Below the pieces are notes generated by a model. It did no database searches. It was not told where the DNA came from and saw only the letters and a list, made by a program, of their open reading frames with translations. Both the position numbers and the translations under genes were made by a program. This document shows, piece after piece, positions 19,807 to 30,273 of a stretch of 42,237 nt of DNA. The DNA is from Anaerolineales bacterium (GTDB taxonomy: Bacteria > Chloroflexota > Anaerolineae > Anaerolineales > DRMV01), in contig JALUXH010000195.1 in the NCBI GenBank assembly GCA_027019065.1, positions 1-42,237 on the forward strand, written 5' to 3'. The stretch's first letter is position 1. Each line of letters opens with the position of its first letter.

Positions 19807-20115
19807 TTACAACTTGATTTCAATATCCACACCCGCCGGCAGGTTCAGCCGCATGAGCATGTCAATGGTCTTGGCGTCAGGGTCCAAGACATCAATCAGG
19901 CGTTTGTGGGTGCGAATTTCAAAGTGTTCGTGAGAGTCTTTGTCAATGAAGGTTGAGCGGCGCACGGTAAAGCGCTCAATCTTGGTGGGCAGGGGCACCG
20001 GCCCCACCACCCGCGCGCCTGTGCGTTCTGCGGCTTCCACAATGCGTTTGGCCGACTGGTCCAGAACCCGATGGTCATACGCCTTCAAGCGGATGCGAAT
20101 GCGTTGTTTCGCCAT
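19807..20115 (-). CDS. rpsJ: 30S ribosomal protein S10
   Basis: [34 protein letters not shown]... It starts 10 nt after the tuf stop. Confidence 0.95.
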   Translation of the reverse strand: MAKQRIRIRLKAYDHRVLDQSAKRIVEAAERTGARVVGPVPLPTKIERFTVRRSTFIDKDSHEHFEIRTHKRLIDVLDPDAKTIDMLMRLNLPAGVDIEIKL

Positions 20116-20125
20116 GACTTTTACC

Positions 20126-21328
<1,203 letters not shown>

Positions 21329-21436
21329 GGTTCTCTCTCCTTACTGGCAATTTACACGCAAACGCGGGAAACACCCCAACCTCGGGGGATTTCCCACGCC
21401 GGGGGCTGGCCCCTCACGTTGATTTTAGAACAAAAG

Positions 21437-21509
21437 AGCCCTCAATGGGACTTGAACCCATGACCTCACCCTTACCAAGGGTGTGCTCTACCACCTGAGC
21501 TATGAGGGC
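21437..21509 (-). tRNA. tRNA-Thr (anticodon GGU)
   Basis: Hand-folded cloverleaf: GCCCTCA / GCTC-AGGTGGTA-GAGC / CACCC-TTGGTAA-GGGTG / ATGGG-TTCAAGT-CCCAT / TGAGGGC-T. No encoded CCA. Confidence 0.85.
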
Positions 21510-21515
21510 TTGTAG

Positions 21516-21599
21516 TGGGCAGGGAGGGACTCGAACCCCCGTAGGCGTTACGCCAGCTGATTTACAGTCAGCCCCCGTTGGCCACTTGGGTACCTGCCC
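21516..21599 (-). tRNA. tRNA-Tyr (anticodon GUA), long variable arm
   Basis: Acceptor stem GGGCAGG...CCTGCCC-A. Anticodon arm GCTGA-CTGTAAA-TCAGC. Long extra arm TGGCGTAACGCCTAC. T-loop TTCGAGT. Confidence 0.85.
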
Positions 21600-21661
21600 A
21601 GATTATCCGGTTGTCATCCGTCCCCGGCCTGTGCGAGGCTGGGGAACCCGACCCCGTACAG

Positions 21662-21734
21662 AGCCGACGACGGGACTTGAACCCGTAACCAACCGCTTAC
21701 AAGGCGGTTGCTCTGCCGATTGAGCTACGTCGGC
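21662..21734 (-). tRNA. tRNA-Thr (anticodon UGU)
   Basis: GCCGACG / GCTC-AATCGGCA-GAGC / ACCGC-CTTGTAA-GCGGT / ACGGG-TTCAAGT-CCCGT / CGTCGGC-T. Confidence 0.85.
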
Positions 21735-21752
21735 CGGCCATCAGCGGGCTTC

Positions 21753-21781
21753 ATTATACCAAATCCGCCGAGGGGCAGCAA
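21753..21781 (-). promoter_or_regulatory. strong promoter candidate for the tRNA-tuf transcription unit (TTGCTG, 17 nt, TGgTATAAT, GC-rich discriminator)
   Basis: On the minus strand, TATAAT is at 21758-21753 preceded by TGg, and TTGCTG is at 21781-21776 with a 17-nt spacer. The -10 element ends 19 nt upstream of the tRNA-Thr(UGU) 5' end. Confidence 0.6.
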
Positions 21782-21816
21782 GGCTGCGTCGGCGCATCGC
21801 TCACCGGCGGCGGCAT

Positions 21817-21845
21817 AGTTTAACAAAAAGCAGGGCGCGCGTCAA
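21817..21845 (-). promoter_or_regulatory. second upstream promoter candidate (TTGACG, 17 nt, TAAACT)
   Basis: On the minus strand, TTGACG is at 21845-21840 and TAAACT at 21822-21817. Confidence 0.4.
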
Positions 21846-21874
21846 CGTTTGGCGCAAAACTCATCTGCCGCCAT

Positions 21875-21903
21875 TTGACTTTTCTCCACGAATCTCCTAA
21901 AAT
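21875..21903 (+). promoter_or_regulatory. promoter candidate for the ABC importer operon (TTGACT, 17 nt, TAAAAT)
   Basis: TTGACT at 21875-21880 and TAAAAT at 21898-21903 with an exact 17-nt spacer. It is divergent from the tRNA promoters. Confidence 0.6.
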
Positions 21904-21939
21904 GGAGAAGCCCTGTCAAATAGGGGACTATGCCCTGCT

Positions 21940-22947
21940 GTGGAGGTTATTTTGGCCACGTCTCAGAAGGTGATTCTGGAAGTGGACGACCTGCGCACGG
22001 AGTTCCATACGGAAGAAGGCGTCGTCCACGCCGTCAACGGCATTTCATACAGCCTGCACGAGGGGGAAACGCTGGGGATTGTCGGCGAATCGGGCTGCGG
22101 CAAAAGCGTTTCGGTGCTTTCCATTATGCGCTTGCTGGCCTCACCGCCGGCTCACATTCGCGGCAGTGTGCGTTTCAAGGGCACCGACTTACTCCAGCTG
22201 CCGGAAGCCGAAATGCGCAAAATCCGCGGCGCACAAATCGGCATGGTCTTCCAGGACCCACTCACTTCCCTCAATCCGGTGCTGACCATCGGCTACCAGA
22301 TGACCGAGCCGCTGCAGCTGCACCTCGGTATGGGGAAGGCCGAAGCCCGCGAGCGCGCGGCCGAACTGCTTGAAATGGTGGGAATTCCTGCCGCAGCCAG
22401 CCGCCTGGACGACTACCCCCATCAGTTCTCCGGCGGTATGCGGCAGCGCGTGATGATTGCCATGGCGCTGGCCTGCAACCCAGCCCTCCTCATTGCCGAT
22501 GAACCCACCACCGCTTTGGACGTGACCATCCAGGCCCAAATTGTTGACCTGATGAAACGTCTGCGCGACGACATCGGCATGACGCTCATCTGGATTACCC
22601 ACGACTTGGGCGTCGTTGCCGGGCTGGTGGACCGGGTCATCGTCATGTACGCCGGTTTCATTGCCGAAGATGCACCGGTAGACGACCTGTACGACAACCC
22701 GCGCCACCCTTACACCAAAGCCCTCCTGCGCTCCCTGCCCCGGATGGACGGCAGCCCGGGCGAAAAACTGGAAACCATTGAAGGATTGCCCCCCGACCTG
22801 GTAGCCCTTCCCCAGGGGTGCCCCTTCGCCGCCCGCTGCAAGTACGCCCAGCCGATCTGCCGGGAACAGCGCCCGCCGCTGGAAGAAATCGCCCCGGGCC
22901 GCCGCCTGGCGTGCTGGGTTGATGTTGACACAGGGGAATTGCGATGA
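21940..22947 (+). CDS. peptide/nickel ABC transporter ATP-binding protein (OppD/DppD-like)
   Basis: Walker A GESGCGKS, signature FSGGMRQR, Walker [13 protein letters not shown], and a C-terminal oligopeptide-ATPase extension (HPYTKALL...CPFAARC). The start is GTG 21940, or TTG 21952 with GGAGG 5 nt upstream. Confidence 0.9.
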   Translation: MEVILATSQKVILEVDDLRTEFHTEEGVVHAVNGISYSLHEGETLGIVGESGCGKSVSVLSIMRLLASPPAHIRGSVRFKGTDLLQLPEAEMRKIRGAQIGMVFQDPLTSLNPVLTIGYQMTEPLQLHLGMGKAEARERAAELLEMVGIPAAASRLDDYPHQFSGGMRQRVMIAMALACNPALLIADEPTTALDVTIQAQIVDLMKRLRDDIGMTLIWITHDLGVVAGLVDRVIVMYAGFIAEDAPVDDLYDNPRHPYTKALLRSLPRMDGSPGEKLETIEGLPPDLVALPQGCPFAARCKYAQPICREQRPPLEEIAPGRRLACWVDVDTGELR

Positions 22948-23930
22948 CCATGCAACCACAAAAAGCCCTCGTGCAAGTCCGTGATTTGAAAAAGCACTTT
23001 CCCATCCACCGCGGCCTGCTGGTGCAACGCCAAGTGGCTGCCGTGCGGGCTGTGGATGGCGTGACCTTTGATATTTACCCCGGCGAAACGTTGGGGTTGG
23101 TCGGCGAATCAGGCTGCGGCAAGTCCACCACCGGCCGCACCATGCTGCAGCTCTACCGCCCGACATCAGGAAGCGTGCTTTTCAAAGGCCAGGATCTGAC
23201 CCGGCTCAAGGGCGCGGAACTGCGAAAAGCCCGCCGCGACATGCAGATGATTTTCCAGGATCCTTACGCCTCGCTCAACCCCCGCATGACCGTGGGCAAA
23301 ATCGTTGAAGAGCCCCTGGAAATCCACAACATCGGCACACCGCAGGAACGCAAAGCGCGCGTCGCGGAACTTTTAAACCTCGTGGGGTTCAGCCCTTCCT
23401 TCGTCAGCCGCTACCCGCACGAATTTTCCGGCGGCCAGCGGCAACGCATCGGCATCGCCCGCGCCCTGGCCCTGCAGCCCGAATTCATTGTGCTGGACGA
23501 ACCCATCTCGGCGCTGGATGTTTCCATTCAGGCCCAGGTGGTCAACCTGCTTGAAGACCTGCAAGAAAAGTTCCATCTGACTTACCTCTTTATTGCCCAC
23601 GACCTGAGCATGGTGCGGCACATTTCCGACCGCACTGCCGTGATGTATTTGGGCAAAATCGTGGAACTCGCCGACCGCGACGAACTGTATTCCCACCCTT
23701 TGCATCCCTACACCCAGGCACTGCTTTCCGCCGTTCCCATCCCCGACCCGAAAAAAGAACGCAACCGCGAACGCATCGTGCTGGAAGGCGATGTTCCCAG
23801 CCCCGTCAACCCACCCAGTGGCTGCCGCTTCCGCACGCGCTGCCCGCTGGCGCAAGCCATTTGCGCCGAGCAGGAACCCGAATGGCGTGAGGTTTCCCCC
23901 GGCCACTGGGTAGCATGCCACATGGTGTAA
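22944..23930 (+). CDS. peptide/nickel ABC transporter ATP-binding protein (OppF/DppF-like)
   Basis: Walker [10 protein letters not shown], signature FSGGQRQR, Walker [21 protein letters not shown]...GCRFRTRC. 4-nt overlap with the upstream gene. Confidence 0.9.
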   Translation: MTMQPQKALVQVRDLKKHFPIHRGLLVQRQVAAVRAVDGVTFDIYPGETLGLVGESGCGKSTTGRTMLQLYRPTSGSVLFKGQDLTRLKGAELRKARRDMQMIFQDPYASLNPRMTVGKIVEEPLEIHNIGTPQERKARVAELLNLVGFSPSFVSRYPHEFSGGQRQRIGIARALALQPEFIVLDEPISALDVSIQAQVVNLLEDLQEKFHLTYLFIAHDLSMVRHISDRTAVMYLGKIVELADRDELYSHPLHPYTQALLSAVPIPDPKKERNRERIVLEGDVPSPVNPPSGCRFRTRCPLAQAICAEQEPEWREVSPGHWVACHMV

Positions 23931-24043
23931 ACCATGAGCACCATTCCCAAAGAAAGGAGGTGGTGTGTATCGGAGGAGCCCAACCGTTTCCCCCTCAGCA
24001 TCTTACTTTTCCGTATGTTTCCTAAACTTTTAGGAGGAGGAGC

Positions 24044-26059
24044 ATGAAACGCTCGTTGATCGTCTTGTTTGCCGTGCTGGTCGTTGCCGCGCTCGCGTTG
24101 GCAGCCTGCGGCCAGCAGGCCCCCCAGACCGTCGTGGTCACGCAAGTGGTAGAAAAGCCCGGCGGTACGGTGGTGGTGACGCAGGTGGTGGAAGCCACCC
24201 CGGCCCCGCCCAAAGCCAAAGAATTCAAGTCGTCGCACCCCGACACCCTGGTGGTCGCCACCATTGGCGATGCCGAAAGCCTTGACCCCGCGTGGGACTA
24301 CGAAAGTTCGGGCATTGGCGTCATCATGAACCTGTACGACCAGCTGGTCACTTACGACAAAAGCGACGCCACCAAATTTGTCCCCGACCTGGCGACCCAA
24401 TGGGAAATCTCTGACGGCGGCAAGACCTACACCTTCCACATCCGCAAGGGCGTGAAGTTCCACAACGGCGACACCCTTACCCCCGAAGATGTGGCCTACA
24501 CCTTCCAGCGCGCCATCCTGCAAGGCGGCACCGACTCGCCGATGTGGCTGCTGACCGAGCCGTTCTTCGGCATCGGCACTTACGACATCGCCGAGCTGGT
24601 GGACCCCACCGGCGCATTGGACGATGACCCCGAGGCTTTGAAGAAAGCCGACCCGGCGAAGCTCAAAGCCGCCTGCGAGAAAATCGTCAACGCCGTGACC
24701 TACGACAACGACAAGGGCACGGTGACCATGCACCTCGCACAACCGTGGGGCCCCTTCCTGGCCACCATTGCCCAGGGCTGGGCTTCCATCATTGACAAGC
24801 AGTGGTCCATCAAACAGGGCGCGTGGGATGGCTCGTGCGACACCTGGCAAAACTTCTACGGCATTGACGATTCCACCGCGCCGCTGGGCAAAATAGAAAA
24901 CGGCACCGGCCCCTATATGCTGGACCACTGGACGCCGGGCGAGGAAATTGTGCTCAAAGCCAACCCGCACTACTGGCGCGCCGAGCAGAACGTGCCCGCG
25001 TGGAAAGGCGCCCCCACCGCGCCCTCCATCAAAACCGTGGTGCTCAAGGTCGTGAAAGAATGGGGCACCCGCTTCGCCATGATGAAAGCCGGCGACGCCG
25101 ACTTCGCCGACGTGCCGCGGCAGAACGTGGCTCAGATCGACCCGCTTGTGGGCGAAATTTGCGTCTGGAACGCCGACAAGAGCGATTTTGACTGCAAACC
25201 TTCCGACAACCCCGACCAGCCGCTGCGCCTGTGGAAGGGCATGCCCACCGTGGTGCGCACCGATGTCTTCTTCAACTTCAAGATCAACACCGACGGCGGC
25301 AACCCCTACATCGGCAGTGGGCAGCTGGACGGCAACGGTATCCCCGCCGATTTCTTCTCCGACATCCACATCCGCAAAGCCTTCAACTACTGCTTTGACT
25401 GGGATACCTTCATCAAAGACGCCCTGAACGGCGAAGGCGTCCAGAACGTGGGGCCGCTCATCCCCGGGATGATCGGCTATGACCCCAAAGGCCCGCACTA
25501 CACCTACGACAAAGACAAGTGCGTCGCCGAACTCAAACAGGCCTGGGATGGCAAAGTCTGGGATAAGGGCTTCCGCTTCCAGGTAGCCTACAACAGCGGC
25601 AACGTCACCCGCCAGACCGTGGCGCAGATTCTGCAGGCCGACTTCGCCGACATTGACCCGAAGTTTGAAATTGAAGCCGTGGGCCTGCCGTGGCCTGCCT
25701 TCCTGAACGCCTATCGTGCCAGCCGCCTGCCGATGTTCATCAGCGGCTGGATTGAAGACATCCACGACCCGCACAACTGGGCCCAGCCGTTCACCGTGGG
25801 CACCTACGCCCGCCGGCAGAACATGCCTAAAGATATCCACGACCAGTTCCAGGAACTGGTGAGCAAAGGCGTGGCCGAGACCGACCCGGCGAAACGCGCC
25901 GAGATCTACAAGCAGCTCACCGCGCTGGACTACAAATACGCGCCGGCCATCCGCCTGGCTGTGGCGACCGGCCGCCACTACGAACAGCGGTGGGTGCAGG
26001 GCTGGTACTACAACCCGATTGCCCCCGCGTTCTACTATCTCTACTCTATCAAGAAGTAA
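24044..26059 (+). CDS. ABC transporter substrate-binding lipoprotein, family 5 (peptide/nickel type)
   Basis: Signal peptide with lipobox (LALAAC|G), a linker with duplicated TVVVTQVVE, then an SBP_bac_5-like body (TYTFHIRKGVKFHNGDTLT). RBS AGGAGGAGGAG upstream. Confidence 0.85.
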   Translation: MKRSLIVLFAVLVVAALALAACGQQAPQTVVVTQVVEKPGGTVVVTQVVEATPAPPKAKEFKSSHPDTLVVATIGDAESLDPAWDYESSGIGVIMNLYDQLVTYDKSDATKFVPDLATQWEISDGGKTYTFHIRKGVKFHNGDTLTPEDVAYTFQRAILQGGTDSPMWLLTEPFFGIGTYDIAELVDPTGALDDDPEALKKADPAKLKAACEKIVNAVTYDNDKGTVTMHLAQPWGPFLATIAQGWASIIDKQWSIKQGAWDGSCDTWQNFYGIDDSTAPLGKIENGTGPYMLDHWTPGEEIVLKANPHYWRAEQNVPAWKGAPTAPSIKTVVLKVVKEWGTRFAMMKAGDADFADVPRQNVAQIDPLVGEICVWNADKSDFDCKPSDNPDQPLRLWKGMPTVVRTDVFFNFKINTDGGNPYIGSGQLDGNGIPADFFSDIHIRKAFNYCFDWDTFIKDALNGEGVQNVGPLIPGMIGYDPKGPHYTYDKDKCVAELKQAWDGKVWDKGFRFQVAYNSGNVTRQTVAQILQADFADIDPKFEIEAVGLPWPAFLNAYRASRLPMFISGWIEDIHDPHNWAQPFTVGTYARRQNMPKDIHDQFQELVSKGVAETDPAKRAEIYKQLTALDYKYAPAIRLAVATGRHYEQRWVQGWYYNPIAPAFYYLYSIKK

Positions 26060-26129
26060 CCTTCTTGGCAAAGGGCCGGGAGCGCCCGCACAGGCGGGCG
26101 CTCCCCCGCCCTTTTGGAGGTAACTCAGG

Positions 26130-27194
26130 ATGTTCAACTACATCATGCGGCGTTTGTTGATGATTCCACTGTTGCTCTTCGGAGTGACGGTGTTGATTTT
26201 CCTGATGCTGCAATTCCTGGGGCCCACCCAGCGCTCTGCACTTTACGTGCGCGATATTCCCCGTAATGAGCGAGTGCTGCAAGGCGTCATCCGTAAATAC
26301 GGGTTAGACAAGCCGTTTTACGTCCAATACTGGCGCTGGCTGGTCGGTGTGACCGACGAGAAAACCGGCAAACACGAAGGCGGCATTTTATTCGGACAAT
26401 TTGGCTATTCGCGCACGGCCTCCGAACCCGTCATTGACATCATCAAACGCCGCTTTCCGGCAACTTTTGAACTGGCTTTATGGAGCGTTCTTCCTGTGAT
26501 TCTCGGCGGCGTGATTTTGGGCGTCGTCGCTGCCGTCAACCACAACAAATTCATTGACCAGGTCGCCCGCGTTTTCAGCATTCTGGGGTGGTCTTTCCCC
26601 ACTTTCGTCTTTGGCCTGCTGATGCTGATGATCTTCTACGCCGAACTGCGGTGGTTCCCGCCAGGCCGCATTTCAAACTGGGCTGACGCGGTGGTGCGTT
26701 CGCCCCAGTTCCACAACTACACCACCATGATCACTTTCGACGCCCTTCTCAACGGCCGCTTAGACATTTTCTGGGATGCTTTCAAGCACCTCATTCTGCC
26801 GATCACCACCCTTTCTTACCTCAACTGGGCGCTGCTGTTGCGCGTGACCCGCTCTTCCATGCTGGAAGTGCTGCGGCAAGATTACATCACCACGGCGCGG
26901 GCCAAAGGCCTGAGCGAACGGCGGGTCATCTTTCGCCATGCGCTGCCCAATGCCCTGATGCCGGTGGTCACTATCGGCGGCATGATGGTGGTTGGCCTGC
27001 TCAACGGCGTGGTGATTACCGAAACCGTGTTCAACTACCCCGGCATGGGGAAAGCAGCAGCCGACGCGGCTTTGAACCTGGATGTGGTCACAGTCCTCGG
27101 CCTCACCCTCTTTAGCGGCACGCTGCTGATTTTCGCCAATCTGGTGGTAGATATCATGTACGCCTACATTGACCCCCGCGTACGGCTGGAGTAA
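26130..27194 (+). CDS. ABC transporter permease (OppB/DppB-like)
   Basis: MFNYIMRRLLMIPLLLFGVTVLIF N-terminus. EAA-type loop (DYITTARAKGLSERRVIFRHALPNAL). Confidence 0.9.
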   Translation: MFNYIMRRLLMIPLLLFGVTVLIFLMLQFLGPTQRSALYVRDIPRNERVLQGVIRKYGLDKPFYVQYWRWLVGVTDEKTGKHEGGILFGQFGYSRTASEPVIDIIKRRFPATFELALWSVLPVILGGVILGVVAAVNHNKFIDQVARVFSILGWSFPTFVFGLLMLMIFYAELRWFPPGRISNWADAVVRSPQFHNYTTMITFDALLNGRLDIFWDAFKHLILPITTLSYLNWALLLRVTRSSMLEVLRQDYITTARAKGLSERRVIFRHALPNALMPVVTIGGMMVVGLLNGVVITETVFNYPGMGKAAADAALNLDVVTVLGLTLFSGTLLIFANLVVDIMYAYIDPRVRLE

Positions 27195-27242
27195 CCCGAA
27201 AAGATAGGCCACGCTGACCACCTATCTTATTGACGAGGAGCA

Positions 27243-28262
27243 ATGATGGCATCTCAAGACACGATTGAACGCAAACCCGACGCGCCGGGGCGGCTGGAAC
27301 GCCTGCTGGGGCCGGACTTCTACCGCATGTTGAAAGGGCTGCTCACCAATCCCCTTTCCCTCTCGGGAATGGCCCTGCTGGGGCTGTTCCTCATTGTAGC
27401 CCTGGCCGCGCCGGTGCTGGCGCCGCCCCGCCCCAACGCCAGCCCCTACCACATTCCGCGCGATGGCTTTAGCCCCAACCCCAAACAGCCGGGAACCGAA
27501 TGGCGTGTCCGCCAGCCCCCCCTGCCTTTCTGGTGGAAACCCATCACCCACAAAGACCACTGGGTGCACCTCATGGGCACAGCCAGCGGCCAATGGGATA
27601 TTTACTACGGTGTCATCTGGGGCACCCGCACGGCCTTCAAAGTGGGCCTGATCATCACGCTTTCCGTCGCAACATTGGGTATCTTCCTCGGCTCCGTTTC
27701 GGCCTATTACGGCGGCGCAGTGGATATGGTCATCATGCGCGTCACCGACGTCTTCATGAGCTTCCCCTTCTTGCTGGCCGCGCTGACCCTCTCGGCCATT
27801 CTGGCCCCGGTGATGGGCAAAAGCCTGGTTCCTCCCTCCATCGCCCTGATCATGTTCGGCTGGATGGGCTACGCGCGCCTCATTCGTAGCGACATCCTCT
27901 CCGTCAAAGAGCGGGAATACGTCCTCGCCGCAAAAGTGCTGGGAGCCACCGACCGCCGCATCCTGCTCAAGCATATCCTCCCCAACGCCATTTACCCCAC
28001 CATGGTGGTGGCCTCCATGGATATGGGGTCTTATGTGCTCAGCTTCGCGGCACTCAGCTTCCTGGGCGTGGGCGCAGAAGTGGGGTACGCCGACTGGGGC
28101 CAGCTGATTTCCTTTGCCCGCGACTGGATTACCAACCTCGGCCAATACTGGTTCATCGTCATCTATCCGGGCATGGCGTTGGTGCTTTTCGTGCTGGCCT
28201 GGAACCTCGTCGGCGACGCCCTGCGAGACATCTTAGACCCCCGCCTGCGCGGCAGAAAGTAA
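27243..28262 (+). CDS. ABC transporter permease (OppC/DppC-like)
   Basis: BPD-transporter core (EREYVLAAKVLGATDRRILLKHILPNAI). Multiple TM segments. Confidence 0.9.
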   Translation: MMASQDTIERKPDAPGRLERLLGPDFYRMLKGLLTNPLSLSGMALLGLFLIVALAAPVLAPPRPNASPYHIPRDGFSPNPKQPGTEWRVRQPPLPFWWKPITHKDHWVHLMGTASGQWDIYYGVIWGTRTAFKVGLIITLSVATLGIFLGSVSAYYGGAVDMVIMRVTDVFMSFPFLLAALTLSAILAPVMGKSLVPPSIALIMFGWMGYARLIRSDILSVKEREYVLAAKVLGATDRRILLKHILPNAIYPTMVVASMDMGSYVLSFAALSFLGVGAEVGYADWGQLISFARDWITNLGQYWFIVIYPGMALVLFVLAWNLVGDALRDILDPRLRGRK

Positions 28263-28286
28263 CCTTCCAACCGGCAGCCTTCCCTT

Positions 28287-28318
28287 CCCGGCCCCTTAAA
28301 CTGGGCCGGGCTTTTTTT
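28287..28318 (+). terminator. intrinsic terminator of the ABC importer operon
   Basis: CCCGGCCC (28287-28294), 8-nt loop, GGGCCGGG (28303-28310), then C plus T7 (28312-28318). Confidence 0.8.
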
Positions 28319-28337
28319 GGCTTCCCTCCCCGCATGC

Positions 28338-28381
28338 GGCTGAACAGTGGCTTTTAAACATCTGACCGCGTACCACTGTTC
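28338..28381. repeat. short hairpin built from the CTGAACAG/CTGTTC repeat-end motif
   Basis: GGCTGAACAGTGGC at 28338-28351. GAACAGTGG (28342-28350) pairs with CCACTGTTC (28373-28381). The same 14-mer occurs inverted at 30003-30016. Confidence 0.6.
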
Positions 28382-28396
28382 CCCACCCCCCACCGA

Positions 28397-28405
28397 TGTT
28401 ATAAT
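28397..28405 (+). promoter_or_regulatory. extended -10 promoter candidate for lysS (TGtTATAAT)
   Basis: TG at 28397-28398 and TATAAT at 28400-28405, 30 nt upstream of the ATG. No good -35 element. Confidence 0.4.
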
Positions 28406-28434
28406 CGGTACAAACCCTTTGCACTGAGGCCGCT

Positions 28435-30000
28435 ATGCCCCACGAGTTCACCAGGTTAGAGCAAACCCGATTGGAAAAACTGGAGCGCCTGCGCGAGGCC
28501 GGCATGGAACCCTACCCCAACCGCGCCGGGCGCACCCACACAGCAGCAGAAGCCAAAGCCGCACTGGAAACCGCCGAAGCCGCCGGCGATGCCGATGCGC
28601 CGCGCGTCACCGTGGCCGGAAGGCTGCGCGCCATGCGCCCCATGGGCAAAATCACGTTTGCCCATCTTGAAGACGAGAGCGGCCGCCTGCAGCTCTTCTT
28701 TCAGGCCAACACCCTGGGCAAAGACCGCCTGAAACTGTTCAACAAACTGTTCGACCTCGGCGATTTCATCCAGGCCAGCGGCTTCCTTTTCCGCACCCGC
28801 AGCGGCGAAATCACCGTGCACGTGAAAGATTTCCGCATGTTGGCCAAGGCCATCACCCCCCTGCCGCCGGCCAAAGACGAAATCGTGGACGGCAAAGTGG
28901 TGCGCCATGCCGTCCTTGCCGACCCGGAAACCCGCTACCGCCAGCGCTATGCCGACCTGGCCGTCAACCCCGAAGTGCGCCGAATTTTCCGCACACGCGC
29001 CCACATCGTGCGCGCCTTGCGGGAATTCCTTGACGCGCGCGGCTTCCTGGAAGTGGAAACGCCCATTTTACAGCCGATTTACGGCGGCGCCGCGGCACGC
29101 CCCTTCATCACCTACCACAACCAGTTGAAGCAGAAACTCTACCTGCGGATTTCCTTTGAACTCTACCTCAAACGCCTGCTGGTAGGCATGTTTGAAAAAG
29201 TGTACGAAATCGGGCGCGACTTCCGCAACGAGGGCATTTCGTTCAAACACAACCCCGAATTCACCCAACTGGAATTTTACTGGGCATACGCCGATTACCG
29301 CCAGGTGATGGCGCTGACCGAAGAAATGCTGGCCTTTGTGGCCGACCGGGTCCTCGGCACACGCAAATTCACCTGGCAGGGGCACGAGATTGACCTCACC
29401 CCACCCTGGAAGCGCGTGGAACTGCGGCAGGGCCTGCTGGAAGCCACCGGCGTGGACATCGCCGCGTGCCCCGATGCCCAGAGCCTGGCCGCAGCGATGA
29501 AGGCGCACGGCATAGAACCCAAACGCGGCGCTTCCCGCGGCAAACTTATTGACCAGATGGTGGGTGATTTTCTGGAGCCCACTTTCATCCAGCCCACCTT
29601 TCTCTACGACTACCCGCGCGATATTTCCCCCCTGGCAAAAGCCAAACCCGGCGACCCCACCACCGTAGAACGCTTTGAGGGCTTCATCGGCGGCATGGAA
29701 CTGTGCAACGCTTTTACCGAACTGAACGACCCCATAGACCAAGAAGCCCGTTTTCTGGAAATGGGACGCACCTACGCCGCCGATGACGAAGAACGCCACC
29801 CCATCGACGAAGATTACCTGCGCGCCATGCGCTATGGCATGCCACCCAACGGCGGTTTTGGCATGGGCATTGACCGCCTTACCATGCTCTTCACCGACAA
29901 ACACAGCATCCGCGAAGTCATCCTGTTCCCACACCTGCGCGATCGCGGCGCAGACGGCAACGAACAAACCACCGCCGACGCAGCCGAGCCGCTTTCCTGA
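28435..30000 (+). CDS. lysS: lysine--tRNA ligase, class II
   Basis: N-terminal OB anticodon-binding domain. Class II motifs (FLEVETPILQ, YEIGRDFRNEG, GMGIDRLTMLF). Confidence 0.95.
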   Translation: MPHEFTRLEQTRLEKLERLREAGMEPYPNRAGRTHTAAEAKAALETAEAAGDADAPRVTVAGRLRAMRPMGKITFAHLEDESGRLQLFFQANTLGKDRLKLFNKLFDLGDFIQASGFLFRTRSGEITVHVKDFRMLAKAITPLPPAKDEIVDGKVVRHAVLADPETRYRQRYADLAVNPEVRRIFRTRAHIVRALREFLDARGFLEVETPILQPIYGGAAARPFITYHNQLKQKLYLRISFELYLKRLLVGMFEKVYEIGRDFRNEGISFKHNPEFTQLEFYWAYADYRQVMALTEEMLAFVADRVLGTRKFTWQGHEIDLTPPWKRVELRQGLLEATGVDIAACPDAQSLAAAMKAHGIEPKRGASRGKLIDQMVGDFLEPTFIQPTFLYDYPRDISPLAKAKPGDPTTVERFEGFIGGMELCNAFTELNDPIDQEARFLEMGRTYAADDEERHPIDEDYLRAMRYGMPPNGGFGMGIDRLTMLFTDKHSIREVILFPHLRDRGADGNEQTTADAAEPLS

Positions 30001-30053
30001 TGGCCACTGTTCAGCCGGCCGGCGGCAAGCACACCAAAGTGCAAAAAGGGTAA

Positions 30054-30273
30054 CTGTTCAGCCCACCTGTAATGAAAACGCCAAGGCACACAGGAGACCC
30101 CAAGGTTACAACAGCGTCACGCCAAAAGCGCAAAGGGAACAAAGACGCAAAGTCAACTTCTGTGTTTTCTGCGACGCTTCTGTGCTTTCCGGGGTTGCAA
30201 TCGGTGCGAATCTGTGGATGATTTTCTGCGGGATCTGCGTCATCTGTGGTTTCTCCTTGCCTGGGCTGAACAG
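30054..30273 (+). mobile_element. MITE-like non-coding repeat, copy A (220 nt, 11-bp terminal inverted repeats)
   Basis: CTGTTCAGCCC at 30054-30064 and GGGCTGAACAG at 30263-30273. It is nearly identical to an inverted copy at 34788-35206 once that copy's insertion is removed. Confidence 0.7.

Noticed and set aside
23708-26137. 809-aa minus-strand ORF opposite the SBP gene. The same class includes 22189-23166 (-), 27222-28145 (-), 29068-29967 (-), 30509-31519 (-), 33904-34722 (-), 35141-36214 (-) and 36759-38684 (-).
   Set aside because: These are antisense to clearly motif-bearing plus-strand genes (ABC components, lysS, kinases, SDR, ffh, STK). Their composition is typical of GC-rich reverse frames.
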